64,000 bases of DNA from a virus (IMGVR_UViG_3300035544_000079:1-64000), one strand, 5' to 3'. Shown: positions 32,912 to 44,477, counted from the first letter of the stretch. Numbers and translations are program-made. Notes: generated by a model from the sequence alone, not told the origin.

Positions 32912-35900
32912 ATGGCTAATGATAATCAAACACAAACAACTACCTTAGTCTTAGATGCTGGTAATATTTCAAAGGGATTAGAAAAGCTAGAAAAAGATAT
33001 TACTAAAATTGGAGTTCAAACAGAAAAAGCTTTAGCAACTCTTAATAGTGAAAGTAATATTTATAAAACATTAGAAAAAAATCATTTAAGACTAGCAGAG
33101 ATACAAAGTAGAATTATTAAACTTAAAAAAGATGATACTCTCACTTCTGCCCAAATAAGTAATGAATTACAAACTTCATTAGGTAAATATTCTATTATAA
33201 AACAACAAGTAACAGATATTAATAAACTTTTAAATGTGACTCCTTCTCAGTTAAGGAGTCAAGGTAATGAGATTACTAAAATTGAAGATAAGTTTTCTAG
33301 TTTGAATAGGGAAGTAAGAAGTTTACAAGGGCATTATAAAACACTAGGCTCTAGTAAAGACTTAAAAAACTTATCTTCTCAAATGGAAGGGATAAAACAT
33401 CAACAAGAAATAATTAGTAATTTATCCAAAAAAGGAATTATAAATCTAACAACTTCTGATTTAAAAACGTTAGATACTGCTAAGGCAAGGTATAGGGAAT
33501 TAAAAAATCAAGTAGCAGATACAAAAGCAGAGCTTAGTGATGTTTCTATAGGAGGTCTTGCAAAATCAGCTGGAGTTAGAGCTTTAGGGTATTCAGCATT
33601 ATTTGCAATTATTGCAGGGATTACTCAAGCAGTAGGAGTAGGAACAAAGTATATCTTAGAATATGAATCAGGAATAAAAAGACTTCAAACTATCTTAGAT
33701 ATAAGTGCTTCAAGTGCTTCTAACCTAGAAGGCAAACTAGCAGATTTAGGTAGAACATATGGTGAACAATTAGATAGTATTAATAAAGTTGCATTAGAAC
33801 TTTCAAGAGCTGGATTAGCACTAAATCAGGTAGCTGATGCTTCTGAGGTAGTTATTAAATTAGCCTTATTAACAGGAGATAGTATTGAACAGTCTGCCAG
33901 TTCAATTATTTCTTTTACACAAGTATTTGGAAGAAATGAGTTTGGACAAGTTATTGCTAGTGTCGATGAGTTAGGGGCTAAATTAGCATACCTAGCAAAT
34001 AAGTCAAGATTAGGTACACAAGACATTAATACCTTTGCCAACTATGCTTTAGCTTCTGCGAAAGCTATTGGATTAACTATTGATGCTGTAAATGGTTTAG
34101 CTAGTGCTTTATCTAATGCTTCTTTTAACGCATCAACTATTGGTACACAAATAAGAAAATTTACTATTGCTTTAGGGAAAGATACAGGAGCTATTTCAAA
34201 CTTTTTTCAAAAAATAGGAGTTAATCAACAAAACCTAGCAAAACAAATAGCCCAAGGTGGAGAAGAAAGTAATAAAGCTTTATTAGGATTTTTAGATACA
34301 ATTAAATCATATAGTAGAGAAAGTTATAATGAGGCTCTTTCTGGAGTTGAAGTTCTTACAAAGAATGTATTTCAAGCATTACAGAATAATGCAAATGAAA
34401 TACAGACTAATCTAAGAGAATCTCTTAATGTAACTTCTGATGAGATTGATAAAGCAAAAAATATTACTGAGGATTATAGAAAGACTTGGTCTAAATTTGC
34501 AAATAATATACTTAGTGATTATAATAATGTTTTTAAACCAGTATTTGAAGGGCTTATTGGGTATATTTCTACTTTAAATAATAGGATGGCTTTATCTGAC
34601 TTTTTTGGTTTTTGGTCATCAATTTCTTCTTCTTTTTCAGAAGGAGCAGATTTAATAGATATAAAGCTGAAGTTAGTAGATGATAGTTTAAAAAATTTTG
34701 GTAAGAATGGTTCTGAACAAACTCTTAAAAGAACTAAATATGAATTAACTCAAATCCAACAAGTATTAGAAGCAATGATTGCACAAGCAACTAAGAAAAA
34801 TGAAAGTTTTGATGTAATTCAGAGATTAGAACAACAATTAAACAGTGTTAAAAAACAACAAAAAGAGTTAACAAAAAGTACACAAGAATATCAAAATATT
34901 TTAAATGATTTATCAAGTAAAGGCTTAGAACAGCAGAATCAGAAGAACATAACTTCCTTGACAAGAGTTATTGGTTTACAAGAAGCACAATTAAAAACTT
35001 TAGATAGCACAAGTAAACAATATACTTTATTAGAAACTCAAATTGAAAAAAATAGAACAAGATTAGAACAATTAAAAAAACCTATTGAAGATATTACCGA
35101 AGATACAAAAGTATTTAAAGAAACTTTTGACTTTTTTAGTACAGCAGATTTAACTAATATTCAAAATAGTATGACTTCTTTTAATAAGGCTATTAATATT
35201 GCTTCTACTGAAGAACTGCCTAAGCTTCAAAATATATTAGAAACAAAAATACAAAGAACACTTCAAGAATTGCCTAAGACAGTAAATACTGTAAAAGCAA
35301 GGTTATCAACTCTTGGGGAAGATATATCTTTTTTAAATGTGGATTCTTTTAAAGGGGCAGGTAGTGCTATAATTGAAATAGAGTCAAGAATAGATAGTTT
35401 AAGGCAAAATAGCTTAAATGCAAATAAAGAAGAAGTAAGAATAAATGAGGAAAAGATTAATGTATATAATACTCAAAAAGCTTTATTACAGAATCTTGTT
35501 GATGCTAACAATTTATTTCTAAACTCTTCTAAAAGAATTTCTGATTTAAAAGAGCAACAAGAAAAACAAACTAAGAAAGAAAAAAGACGACAAGACAATA
35601 TAACAAAGCAAATTATTAGACAACAAGTATCTGAAGCTCAATTAGCTTTGCAATATAAAGATAAAGACTCATTATTATTAGCAGAGATAAATACACGAGG
35701 AAAACTTCTTGGTAATCTACAAGATGAAAAAAACATACAAAATCAAATAGCTAAGATAAAAGCTTTAAGTTTACAATATGATAAAGCTTCTTTTTCAACT
35801 TCTCTTATAGATAAAGAAAGAGAAATAACAGATGAAATAGAAGCTCAAGAAGTTGCTATAAAAGATAGAATCCCACTAGAAACTACTTTATTACAAATCA

Positions 35901-36841
35901 AAAATGAACAGAAGTTTCAAAATGGAGAGATAACTAAAGCTGAGTATTTACAGAATCAACAAAGAATAAAAGATTTAAGAGATTTAAACTTACAATCTGA
36001 TAAACTAAAAGAAACTTTAGATAGCTTTGATAAATATGGTAACTCAGGATTCGCTAAAGCATTACAGTCCTATAAAGACAGCATACCAACAATTACAGAG
36101 GCATTAGAACAGGTAGGTAATGTAGGGTTACAATCTTTAGAAAATGGATTTATGAATTTCTTTGACGTAACTAATAAGGGCTTTATGGATATGGGGGATT
36201 TAGCTAAAAGTGTTATACAAGAAATTTATAAAGAATTAATAAGAACATTAATAGTCAAACAAGCAGTAAGTGGAATTGGTAGTATAGTTACTTCTGGAAT
36301 AGGTTCTCTTTTTTCAAGTGGAGCATCAGCGGTTACTTCAAGTGTAGCAAGTACAGCAGTATCTACTCCTCTTACTGATATGTACTTTGGAAGTTTAAGC
36401 TTAGCAAAAGGAGGTCTTATAGATGGAGTTCCTAATGGAAGAGTTAAAGGATATGCTAGTGGGGGTCTTTTAACAGGAGGCTCGGGTACAAAAGATGACC
36501 TCTATCTAGGACAAGTAAATGGTACTACTATTATGGCTATGGGAGGAGAACATATTACACAAAAATCATCAGTAAATCCTCAAACAAGACCTATGTTAGA
36601 TTATATTAATAAAACTGGGTCTGTACCAAGTTCTAATGCTGGAGGGACAGTAGTGAATTCTCCTGTATCTATAAATATTGAAAATAAAACTGGAACAGAT
36701 ATTGATGCAAAAATGATAGAACAAATAACGAAAAAGAATGATAATGATGAGTATGAAAAAATAGTAACTATAATGCTTCAAGCTAAAGAAACAGATAGTA
36801 GAATAAGAAGTGCCTTTGGTAGTAATAATGGAAGAGTTTAA
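32912..36841 (+). CDS. tape measure protein
   Basis: 1309 aa helical, TP901-like central region, C-terminal GYASGG/MGGEHI. Confidence 0.92.
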   Translation: MANDNQTQTTTLVLDAGNISKGLEKLEKDITKIGVQTEKALATLNSESNIYKTLEKNHLRLAEIQSRIIKLKKDDTLTSAQISNELQTSLGKYSIIKQQVTDINKLLNVTPSQLRSQGNEITKIEDKFSSLNREVRSLQGHYKTLGSSKDLKNLSSQMEGIKHQQEIISNLSKKGIINLTTSDLKTLDTAKARYRELKNQVADTKAELSDVSIGGLAKSAGVRALGYSALFAIIAGITQAVGVGTKYILEYESGIKRLQTILDISASSASNLEGKLADLGRTYGEQLDSINKVALELSRAGLALNQVADASEVVIKLALLTGDSIEQSASSIISFTQVFGRNEFGQVIASVDELGAKLAYLANKSRLGTQDINTFANYALASAKAIGLTIDAVNGLASALSNASFNASTIGTQIRKFTIALGKDTGAISNFFQKIGVNQQNLAKQIAQGGEESNKALLGFLDTIKSYSRESYNEALSGVEVLTKNVFQALQNNANEIQTNLRESLNVTSDEIDKAKNITEDYRKTWSKFANNILSDYNNVFKPVFEGLIGYISTLNNRMALSDFFGFWSSISSSFSEGADLIDIKLKLVDDSLKNFGKNGSEQTLKRTKYELTQIQQVLEAMIAQATKKNESFDVIQRLEQQLNSVKKQQKELTKSTQEYQNILNDLSSKGLEQQNQKNITSLTRVIGLQEAQLKTLDSTSKQYTLLETQIEKNRTRLEQLKKPIEDITEDTKVFKETFDFFSTADLTNIQNSMTSFNKAINIASTEELPKLQNILETKIQRTLQELPKTVNTVKARLSTLGEDISFLNVDSFKGAGSAIIEIESRIDSLRQNSLNANKEEVRINEEKINVYNTQKALLQNLVDANNLFLNSSKRISDLKEQQEKQTKKEKRRQDNITKQIIRQQVSEAQLALQYKDKDSLLLAEINTRGKLLGNLQDEKNIQNQIAKIKALSLQYDKASFSTSLIDKEREITDEIEAQEVAIKDRIPLETTLLQIKNEQKFQNGEITKAEYLQNQQRIKDLRDLNLQSDKLKETLDSFDKYGNSGFAKALQSYKDSIPTITEALEQVGNVGLQSLENGFMNFFDVTNKGFMDMGDLAKSVIQEIYKELIRTLIVKQAVSGIGSIVTSGIGSLFSSGASAVTSSVASTAVSTPLTDMYFGSLSLAKGGLIDGVPNGRVKGYASGGLLTGGSGTKDDLYLGQVNGTTIMAMGGEHITQKSSVNPQTRPMLDYINKTGSVPSSNAGGTVVNSPVSINIENKTGTDIDAKMIEQITKKNDNDEYEKIVTIMLQAKETDSRIRSAFGSNNGRV

Positions 36842-36850
36842 GGAGGATGT

Positions 36851-37237
36851 ATGGCATTACCTGAATTGGAATTTCCTCCTTATGAGGGGGTTAATGGTTG
36901 TAATTATCCAACCAATTTAGAAACACAAGGTGAAGATAATACAGTTACAGTTGAAATGCAAAATGGAACAGTTTTAGTAAGGCCATGGTCTACAAAACAA
37001 CGAAAGACTTTTACCTTAGAGTTTAACACAAGAACAATAGCAGAAGCTAAAGTTTTAGAAGATTTTTATGATTTAGTTAATTTATATACTCCTTTTACTT
37101 TTACACACCCTACAGATAAAGATGAAACAAATAATTTCAAACAATATGCTGTAAGATTTAATGAGCCTATTGATATAACTCAGGATGGGTCGAGACCTTT
37201 TGTTAAAGATATTTCTATGAAATTTACTGAGATATAG
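36851..37237 (+). CDS. distal tail protein (gpM-like)
   Basis: Follows TMP; RKTFTLEF, PFTFTHP. Confidence 0.65.
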   Translation: MALPELEFPPYEGVNGCNYPTNLETQGEDNTVTVEMQNGTVLVRPWSTKQRKTFTLEFNTRTIAEAKVLEDFYDLVNLYTPFTFTHPTDKDETNNFKQYAVRFNEPIDITQDGSRPFVKDISMKFTEI

Positions 37238-37254
37238 ATAAGTAAAGGAAGAAT

Positions 37255-37947
37255 ATGAGAGAATTTAGTCAAGATACTTTAGAAGAAGCTGATAAGTTAT
37301 TTCAGGATAAAGCTTGGATAACTTTATTAACTATAAAAAATCCTGAAGGTGTATTAATAAGTAACCTTTGTGTAAATACAGAATCTGTAGTATTTAATAA
37401 TGAAATATATCAACCTACTAATGTTACTATTGGAGAAGTTCCACAAGCTACCACAGGAACACTCCCAAAAGTCCCTCTAAATATACAGAATGTAGATAGA
37501 ATAGTTGGACAAATGGTAGAACAAGACCCCAATTTTGGGTCAGAGTGGATTATAGGATTAAGAGTTGTACATGAAAATCATTTAGGACTTACACCTATCC
37601 TTAATCCTGATGATACTTTATATGAAGAATTTATTGTAAGAGATGTTTCTACAAATCACCAATATGTAACTTTTAATCTTAGTATGGGTCAAAACCCTAT
37701 GAGGATTCCTTTTCCTAGTCAAAAGTTTAATCCATCCCATTGTCAGAGAACTTTTAATAATGTGTTTACAGGATGTCCTTATGCAACTTCAGGAAGAGCA
37801 GGAACTAACTTTACTTTTTGTAATAAAACTATAGAAAGTTGTAAAGAAAGATTTGATGAAGATAGATTAAATACTAATAATGAAAGAGTAGGGTTACCTT
37901 TCCTAGGTTTCCAAGGATTAACTAGAAGAGCGATTATAAAAGTTTAA
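37255..37947 (+). CDS. minor tail protein (gpL-like)
   Basis: C-terminal Cys cluster (HCQ, GCPY, CNKTIESC) and LPFLGFQG. Confidence 0.7.
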   Translation: MREFSQDTLEEADKLFQDKAWITLLTIKNPEGVLISNLCVNTESVVFNNEIYQPTNVTIGEVPQATTGTLPKVPLNIQNVDRIVGQMVEQDPNFGSEWIIGLRVVHENHLGLTPILNPDDTLYEEFIVRDVSTNHQYVTFNLSMGQNPMRIPFPSQKFNPSHCQRTFNNVFTGCPYATSGRAGTNFTFCNKTIESCKERFDEDRLNTNNERVGLPFLGFQGLTRRAIIKV

Positions 37948-37962
37948 ATAAAAAGGGGTTAA

Positions 37963-38361
37963 ATGAAAAAGTATGAATATGATTATTTAGATTTATTAAA
38001 GTGTAAATTTAAATATGATGGACAAAATATTAATGAGGGGTTTGATTGTATGACTTTAGTTATAGAAATAGGAAAAAGAAGAAATGTTAAAATACCTAAT
38101 TTAAATTACTTAGGAATAGACTTACTACATAGTCATAAATTATTTACAGAAACTAATTATATAGATTATTTTAAAGAAGTTCCTAAACAAGAGAATACAA
38201 TAGTCTTAATGAAAAATCCTTATGGAGTCATAGGTCATGTAGGATTTATGATTGATAAAAATAATTTTATACATATGACTGCTGATAAAGGAGTTATGGT
38301 TACTAAGGTTACAGATAAAATATATAAAAATAGAATTGTAGGGTACTACTTACCAAAATAA
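37963..38361 (+). CDS. NlpC/P60 tail assembly protein (gpK-like)
   Basis: GFDCMTL and HVGF...FIH catalytic motifs. Confidence 0.8.
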   Translation: MKKYEYDYLDLLKCKFKYDGQNINEGFDCMTLVIEIGKRRNVKIPNLNYLGIDLLHSHKLFTETNYIDYFKEVPKQENTIVLMKNPYGVIGHVGFMIDKNNFIHMTADKGVMVTKVTDKIYKNRIVGYYLPK

Positions 38362-38385
38362 GCTTATAGGAATTTAAAAGGAAAT

Positions 38386-41300
38386 ATGATGAAACAAAAA
38401 GGAGTTCAAGATTACTCTATCACAAAAGCTAATATGGCATTTGTTGATATAAGAGATTCCTACAACGAAACAATAAAAAATATAAATATAAATACATTTT
38501 CTTTTGGTACAGTATTTATTACAGAAATTCCTAACCCTTTTAAACTTAATATTCAAAATAAAAGAACAGAACTTCATGGAAAGTATTTAATAGATTATGC
38601 TAGAAAAAATGAATTAGATGAAACAAATTATTGTATAATTTATAATGGGAAACTTATAAAAGAGAAAGAAGAACAAGAAAATATACTTGTAAAAGAAAAT
38701 GATATTATAGTATACTTTCCTTATCAAGAATTTTCAGCTATAGCCGCAGTTGCAAGTATTATTATGTCCTATATTGGTACTTCTGTAATTGCTACAGCAA
38801 TAGCCTATACCCTAGCAACAGGTCTTATTATTGGTGGTATGATGCTAATTAATAAAATGTTAGCACCTGATATACCTGAAACTAATATGGATAGTAATAT
38901 AAGTGAATCAAAAACTTATACATGGGAGGGTATTAGTACTAATAGGGATATAAATTCAGTAATACCTATTGTTTATGGAACTCAAGTAGTAGGTGGAACA
39001 GAAATAAACAAGTTCAGTTACTATGAAAATGGAGATGATTGGTTAGCAATACAATTAGCACTCGGTTATGGTGAAATTGAAGAAATATCTTCTGCTGATA
39101 TTTACTTCAACGGACAACCTTACAATAACTATGTGAGTAGTGTAAATGATGGTGTATTCTATTACCGAGATGGTACTTTTAATCAATCAATAATGAAAGG
39201 GTTTGATGATACCTCTTATAATAATGGTAATGTTACAGAAACGCTGACTTACAATGAGTCTTATATATTTGAGTCAGAAAGTGATAATATAGATAGATTT
39301 AAATTACACTTTGAATTTATGGAAGGACTTTATCATTTATATGCTAAAAAAAATAGATACCTTCCAGTTACAGTTAGCTATTCCATAGGGTATAGGATTA
39401 AAGGGGAATCTACTTGGAATTACTTTAACCCCCCAATATATCAAAAGCAATTCAGTATAAGTACTTTACAAACATTTAGGAAACGAAGAAGAGACTATTA
39501 CAGAACAGTACAAAAATATGTATGGTCAGATTGGGAAATATATAATAATAGTAATATATCCCATGCTGAAGAATTAGAATTACAAAAACAAAATAGAATA
39601 AGATATAGAAATGTTAATATAGGAGGAAATAATACTCTTAGTTATACTGCTAATAAAACTAGCAAAGTTAAATTTTTAGTTAGTAGTGATGATTTAGGTG
39701 TAAATCTTACAAAAGGTAAATATGAGTTTATAGTTACTAGATTATCTCCTATACCTAGTAATACTAAATATCATTTATATAAAACAGATATGACATTTTC
39801 ATACTTAGAAGAAATAAATACAACAGACCTAAATTATGGAGGGGTTTCTCAGTTAGGTATTAAAATAAAGGCAACTGATAGTATACAAAATCAACAACCT
39901 AATGTAACTACAAAAGTAACTAGAAAAGATTTAGATATTTATACTTCTGATGATTACTCTGAGAGCTTTAAAGCAAGAAGTAATAACCCAGCATGGGTAT
40001 GCTACGATATATTAACTAACCCTTTCTATGGGGCTAAGATAAAACCTTCTCAAGTAGATTTTGAAAGGTTTTCAGAGTGGGCTAGTTTTTGTGATTTAGA
40101 GTTTTTAAGAGAAGAAACTATTATAAGTAATAATGAGGTCTATACTATAGATAGACTTATATATAATAGTTCAGAAAGAACTCTAAAAGTTTATAAGTCA
40201 GAAATACTTCAAGAAATAAGCTCTATTGAATTATCTACTTATAATAAAGGTTTATCAAGAATTATTATTACAGATAATTCCAAAAATACTTTTCAGTTTA
40301 ATACTTTAATAAGTATAACAGAAGATGTAGATATAAATGGGGAATTTTATTTATTTAGTTTTAGTGAGTATAATTCTAATTTTGATTCTTCTAATATAGC
40401 TAATATAGATTTTTTATTAGATTTTGCTAGTACTGATTTTATCACTTTAACCAATTTAGGACATCCTTTGCAATTAAATTTTAATGGGGTGTTTGATACT
40501 TTAACAAACCCTTGGGATGCTTGTCAAAAAGTAGGTAAAATAGGTCGAGGTCAAATTCTATTAAGAGGTAATAAATATTCTTGTACTTTTGATGGGATAC
40601 AGCCTATATCTTATATGTTTAATGTAGGGGATATAAAGAAAGAATCATTTAATATTTCATATACTCCTCTTGCAGATTTAGCAACTGAATTAGAAATACA
40701 GTATGCAGATACTAGTATAAGAAACGAATTAAATACAATAACAATACTAGACCAAAATTTAACGGATACTACCTTAAATCCCAAAACATCAACAGTAAAC
40801 GCAATAGGGATAACGACTAAAGAGGAAGCTATTATATTTGGTAGATATATGTTGGCTACCACTAAATTTCAAAGAAGAACAGTTTCTTTTGAAACAAATA
40901 TAAAAGGACTTCCTTGTGAAGTTGGAGATGTTGTAGCTGTTCAAAATGATATTCCTCTTTGGGGAAGTGGAGGAAGAATACAAGAAGTGACACCAACTTC
41001 AGTAATTTTAGAAGAACCTGTTACTTTAATCTCTGATAAAGATTATACTTTAAAAATCCAAGTTGGAAATATCTTTCAAGACTATTATATAACTAACACA
41101 GACTTAACAGATACTCTTGAGATACCTCTATTAGATACTTCAGGTATTAGTCAATATAATAGTTACATTTTTGGAGAAAATAATAATGATGCTTTATTAA
41201 TTAGAGTTACTGGTATTACAAGAACTGATAGAGAATTTAATTTTAAAATAGAAGGTTCTGATTATAATCCTAGTATCTTAGATTTTAATTATAGTAATGA

Positions 41301-43017
41301 CCAAATTACTACTATTGAGCCATCTGTTTTAGAGGCGAATAGATTATTAACTTTTGAAGTATTAGATGAAGTTCAGAGTTCAGATGACGGTAGAGGAGTA
41401 ATTAATTTAATTATGTCTTGGACTGCTATATCAACAAGTACTTATGATATATATGCTATCCCTCATAATGATGACCCTGAATTAGAGATACCCTTTATAG
41501 AATTGGACAATATACAAGATAATAGAATATATATTGCTAAAGGAGTAAAAGGTAACTCCTATATTGCTAAAAATGTTGGGTTATTAGAAATACCTTATAG
41601 AGTCTATATACAAGAAGTAGATAATCCAAGCAATTTTTTACAAGTACTTTATACAGTTGATGGTAAGCAGATAAGTCCTTTAGATATTGATAATATAACT
41701 GTTACTGAAAGTGGTAATGAATTTACCTTTAATATTACTTACTTAGGTAAAGCTTCAGATTTTAAACATTATAATCTTTATTTAGAGGATAAATTTTATG
41801 GTTCTTTTAATCAAGATGCTTTTAAAACAGATATTATCTATGGATTAGATACAAAGAATTTTAAAATAGAGGCTGAGGATTCTAGTGGAAATAAAAGTGA
41901 GCCTTATTTAATAAGTAAAACAGCAGAAGCTCCCCCTAAAGCAGATTACTTTTTTTGTGAAATAACTGATACTAAGAATATTAGGTTTACTTTTGATTGT
42001 CTAAGTAAACCTTTAGATTTTAGTGGGTATGAAATTAGGTATCAATATGGACTAAATTATGATTGGAATAGTGCTACTAAAATACAAAAAGGTGTTATTA
42101 CATCTTCACCTTACCTAAGTCATTTGAAATTACAAAATGGGCTTTATACGGCTTTATTAAAAACAGTTGATTCAGCAGGAAATTTAAGTAAATATACCTC
42201 AAAAATAACTTTTAATATTGAAGAAAGTTTATTTAGTAACTTAGTATATACTAAAGATTTTCACCCAACATTTGTAGGAGATTATACTAATTGTTATTTA
42301 GAAGATAACAAATTAATAACAGAGATTAATGCAAGTGAATTTTGGAAAGGGGATTCTAATAATTATTGGGATTCTGATTTTGATATGTATTGGTACTCAA
42401 ATAGTTCGCCTCATTGGGATGATACTCTGAATGAGTTTTGGGGAGTAGACCAACTACCTTTTTGGGACAATGAATATACTTATAGAAGTATCTATGAAAC
42501 TTCATTTATAACAGATGCAAAAGGTATTTTAGACTTTAGGTTTATTGGAAAAGGAACACCAACTTATTATATAAGAAATAGGGATATATTACCTTTTTGG
42601 GAAGAAAATGGTACAGAATTTTGGGAAGAAGATATTAAAAATTTTTGGACAATCCCTAACTACTCCTTATATAGTTCAGGTTACGAAGTTGTTCCTTTTG
42701 TAGAATATGACTTACAAGTTGTTTTTGAAAGTACTAATACTGTAATCTCTGAGATAGAAGAGTTTAGTTTATTCATTGACGCTCAAGATATTTTTGAAAG
42801 TTTCGAGGATGTAAATGTACCTATTAGTGGTTATAGTCTTAACCTTATAAAAACATTTAGTAAAATAAAATCAGTAAATGTTACGGTTCAAGATGATGGT
42901 GGAAACGCTAGGATTTCTAAAGTAGATAAATCAGGAACTCCTTATGAAGTTTATTGTTATGATGAAAACAATAACTTAACAAGTGGAACTGTAGATATAA
43001 TTATCCAAGGGTATTAA
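38386..43017 (+). CDS. tail tip/central fibre protein (gpI+gpJ-like)
   Basis: IPIVYG, NNPAWVCYDILTNPFYG, EVGDVVAV, FnIII-like repeats. Confidence 0.88.
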   Translation: MMKQKGVQDYSITKANMAFVDIRDSYNETIKNININTFSFGTVFITEIPNPFKLNIQNKRTELHGKYLIDYARKNELDETNYCIIYNGKLIKEKEEQENILVKENDIIVYFPYQEFSAIAAVASIIMSYIGTSVIATAIAYTLATGLIIGGMMLINKMLAPDIPETNMDSNISESKTYTWEGISTNRDINSVIPIVYGTQVVGGTEINKFSYYENGDDWLAIQLALGYGEIEEISSADIYFNGQPYNNYVSSVNDGVFYYRDGTFNQSIMKGFDDTSYNNGNVTETLTYNESYIFESESDNIDRFKLHFEFMEGLYHLYAKKNRYLPVTVSYSIGYRIKGESTWNYFNPPIYQKQFSISTLQTFRKRRRDYYRTVQKYVWSDWEIYNNSNISHAEELELQKQNRIRYRNVNIGGNNTLSYTANKTSKVKFLVSSDDLGVNLTKGKYEFIVTRLSPIPSNTKYHLYKTDMTFSYLEEINTTDLNYGGVSQLGIKIKATDSIQNQQPNVTTKVTRKDLDIYTSDDYSESFKARSNNPAWVCYDILTNPFYGAKIKPSQVDFERFSEWASFCDLEFLREETIISNNEVYTIDRLIYNSSERTLKVYKSEILQEISSIELSTYNKGLSRIIITDNSKNTFQFNTLISITEDVDINGEFYLFSFSEYNSNFDSSNIANIDFLLDFASTDFITLTNLGHPLQLNFNGVFDTLTNPWDACQKVGKIGRGQILLRGNKYSCTFDGIQPISYMFNVGDIKKESFNISYTPLADLATELEIQYADTSIRNELNTITILDQNLTDTTLNPKTSTVNAIGITTKEEAIIFGRYMLATTKFQRRTVSFETNIKGLPCEVGDVVAVQNDIPLWGSGGRIQEVTPTSVILEEPVTLISDKDYTLKIQVGNIFQDYYITNTDLTDTLEIPLLDTSGISQYNSYIFGENNNDALLIRVTGITRTDREFNFKIEGSDYNPSILDFNYSNDQITTIEPSVLEANRLLTFEVLDEVQSSDDGRGVINLIMSWTAISTSTYDIYAIPHNDDPELEIPFIELDNIQDNRIYIAKGVKGNSYIAKNVGLLEIPYRVYIQEVDNPSNFLQVLYTVDGKQISPLDIDNITVTESGNEFTFNITYLGKASDFKHYNLYLEDKFYGSFNQDAFKTDIIYGLDTKNFKIEAEDSSGNKSEPYLISKTAEAPPKADYFFCEITDTKNIRFTFDCLSKPLDFSGYEIRYQYGLNYDWNSATKIQKGVITSSPYLSHLKLQNGLYTALLKTVDSAGNLSKYTSKITFNIEESLFSNLVYTKDFHPTFVGDYTNCYLEDNKLITEINASEFWKGDSNNYWDSDFDMYWYSNSSPHWDDTLNEFWGVDQLPFWDNEYTYRSIYETSFITDAKGILDFRFIGKGTPTYYIRNRDILPFWEENGTEFWEEDIKNFWTIPNYSLYSSGYEVVPFVEYDLQVVFESTNTVISEIEEFSLFIDAQDIFESFEDVNVPISGYSLNLIKTFSKIKSVNVTVQDDGGNARISKVDKSGTPYEVYCYDENNNLTSGTVDIIIQGY

Positions 43018-43049
43018 CTCTTGGTATATGATAAAAATAAAGGAAAATA

Positions 43050-44477
43050 ATGCCATTACCAAGTAAAAATGAATTAAGTTTAGCTCCAAATAACTTAACA
43101 ATGAAACAGTTAATGGAGCAACAAAGAGATAGCATACAAGGTTCAGGAAAACAGTATAGTACAGATGTCGAATATGAGCTATATGATACTTGTATTTATG
43201 GAGGAATTGAATATATTAGTATTTATAATGTAGGTGATACAAAACATACTAATCAACAACCTAATATTAGTCCTACTTATTGGCAAGATAAAAGAGTATT
43301 TGATGGTGTTGTTAGTTTAGATGTATTAGATGATTATGTAACAGATACTGAATTAAATACTGCTTTAGATGATTATTATACTAAACAAGAAACTTTAGAT
43401 TTACTCTCTGGGTTAGATATAGTATACACAGGTGCTTATGGAATAACTTGGAATAATACTAATGATATATACATTAGAACAGGTTCTTCAAATTATAAAG
43501 CCATTCAAGCTTTAATGAGAAGATGTGTTTTAAACATAGATGGAACAGTAAATTATTATTTACATCCTACTAACTCAAATTATAAAGCAGATGGAACATT
43601 AGCTAACTTAGATGGTACTGACGGGAATGTTATGGTAGAGATACCTAAATTTTATGTTAAGTTTGATAATACTGAAGGTGCTAAAAATGTCAGTATTTCA
43701 TTAACACAAGACACTGGCTATACTTTACATCCAGCATTTATTAAAGGTGGTGTTGAAGTAGCACACCGATACTATCCTGCTTATGAAGGATATAATGATA
43801 GTGGTACATTAAAATCTATTAGTGGAGTAACTCCTACAAGAAGCCAAACAAGAGCTACTTTTAGAACACAAGCTGAAAACAATGGTACAGGATGGCATCT
43901 TATTGATTGGAATTTACTAAATGCTATTCAAGTACTATGTTTAATAGAAATTGGTACTTGGGATGCTCAAGCAATATTAGGTAATGGTAACTCTACGGGA
44001 AATGATTTTGGAGTAATTACGGGTATATCTAATTCAATAGGAAATGCTAGTACTTCGAATCCTTCGGATACTTGGATGAGTTATCGAGGTATAGAAAATC
44101 TTTATGCAGATATATGGAAATTTATTGATGGTATAAATGTAAGAGATAGAGTACCTTACATTAACTCTGATTATAGAACTTTTGCTGATGATACTTTTAC
44201 TGGAGATTATATTTCTAGTAATATTACTATGCCTAGTGCTTCAGCGAGTTATATCAAGAATATTACATTTAGCTTAAATGGGTTCATATCAACTGAAGTA
44301 GGAGGCAGTTCTAATACATATGTACCTGATGGATTATGGACAAACACAGGAGATAGGGTTGTTTTCTTTGGGGGTACTGCGGCTACTTCTTCTTCTCTGG
44401 CTGGTCTGGGGGCGCTTGCTGCGTATGCTTCCTCTACATATGTTTCCGCGAATGTTGGTTCGGGCGTCTGCTTTTAG
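43050..44477 (+). CDS. tail fibre/receptor-binding protein, DGR target with C-terminal C-type-lectin-like domain
   Basis: NVMVEIPKFY, YRGIENLYADIW, C-terminal VR-encoded FGG...VGSGVCF. Confidence 0.88.
   Translation: MPLPSKNELSLAPNNLTMKQLMEQQRDSIQGSGKQYSTDVEYELYDTCIYGGIEYISIYNVGDTKHTNQQPNISPTYWQDKRVFDGVVSLDVLDDYVTDTELNTALDDYYTKQETLDLLSGLDIVYTGAYGITWNNTNDIYIRTGSSNYKAIQALMRRCVLNIDGTVNYYLHPTNSNYKADGTLANLDGTDGNVMVEIPKFYVKFDNTEGAKNVSISLTQDTGYTLHPAFIKGGVEVAHRYYPAYEGYNDSGTLKSISGVTPTRSQTRATFRTQAENNGTGWHLIDWNLLNAIQVLCLIEIGTWDAQAILGNGNSTGNDFGVITGISNSIGNASTSNPSDTWMSYRGIENLYADIWKFIDGINVRDRVPYINSDYRTFADDTFTGDYISSNITMPSASASYIKNITFSLNGFISTEVGGSSNTYVPDGLWTNTGDRVVFFGGTAATSSSLAGLGALAAYASSTYVSANVGSGVCF
44356..44469 (+). 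repeat. DGR variable repeat (VR)
   Basis: Aligns to TR with 24 differences at TR adenines, one G/A difference and one extra TCT. Confidence 0.95.
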
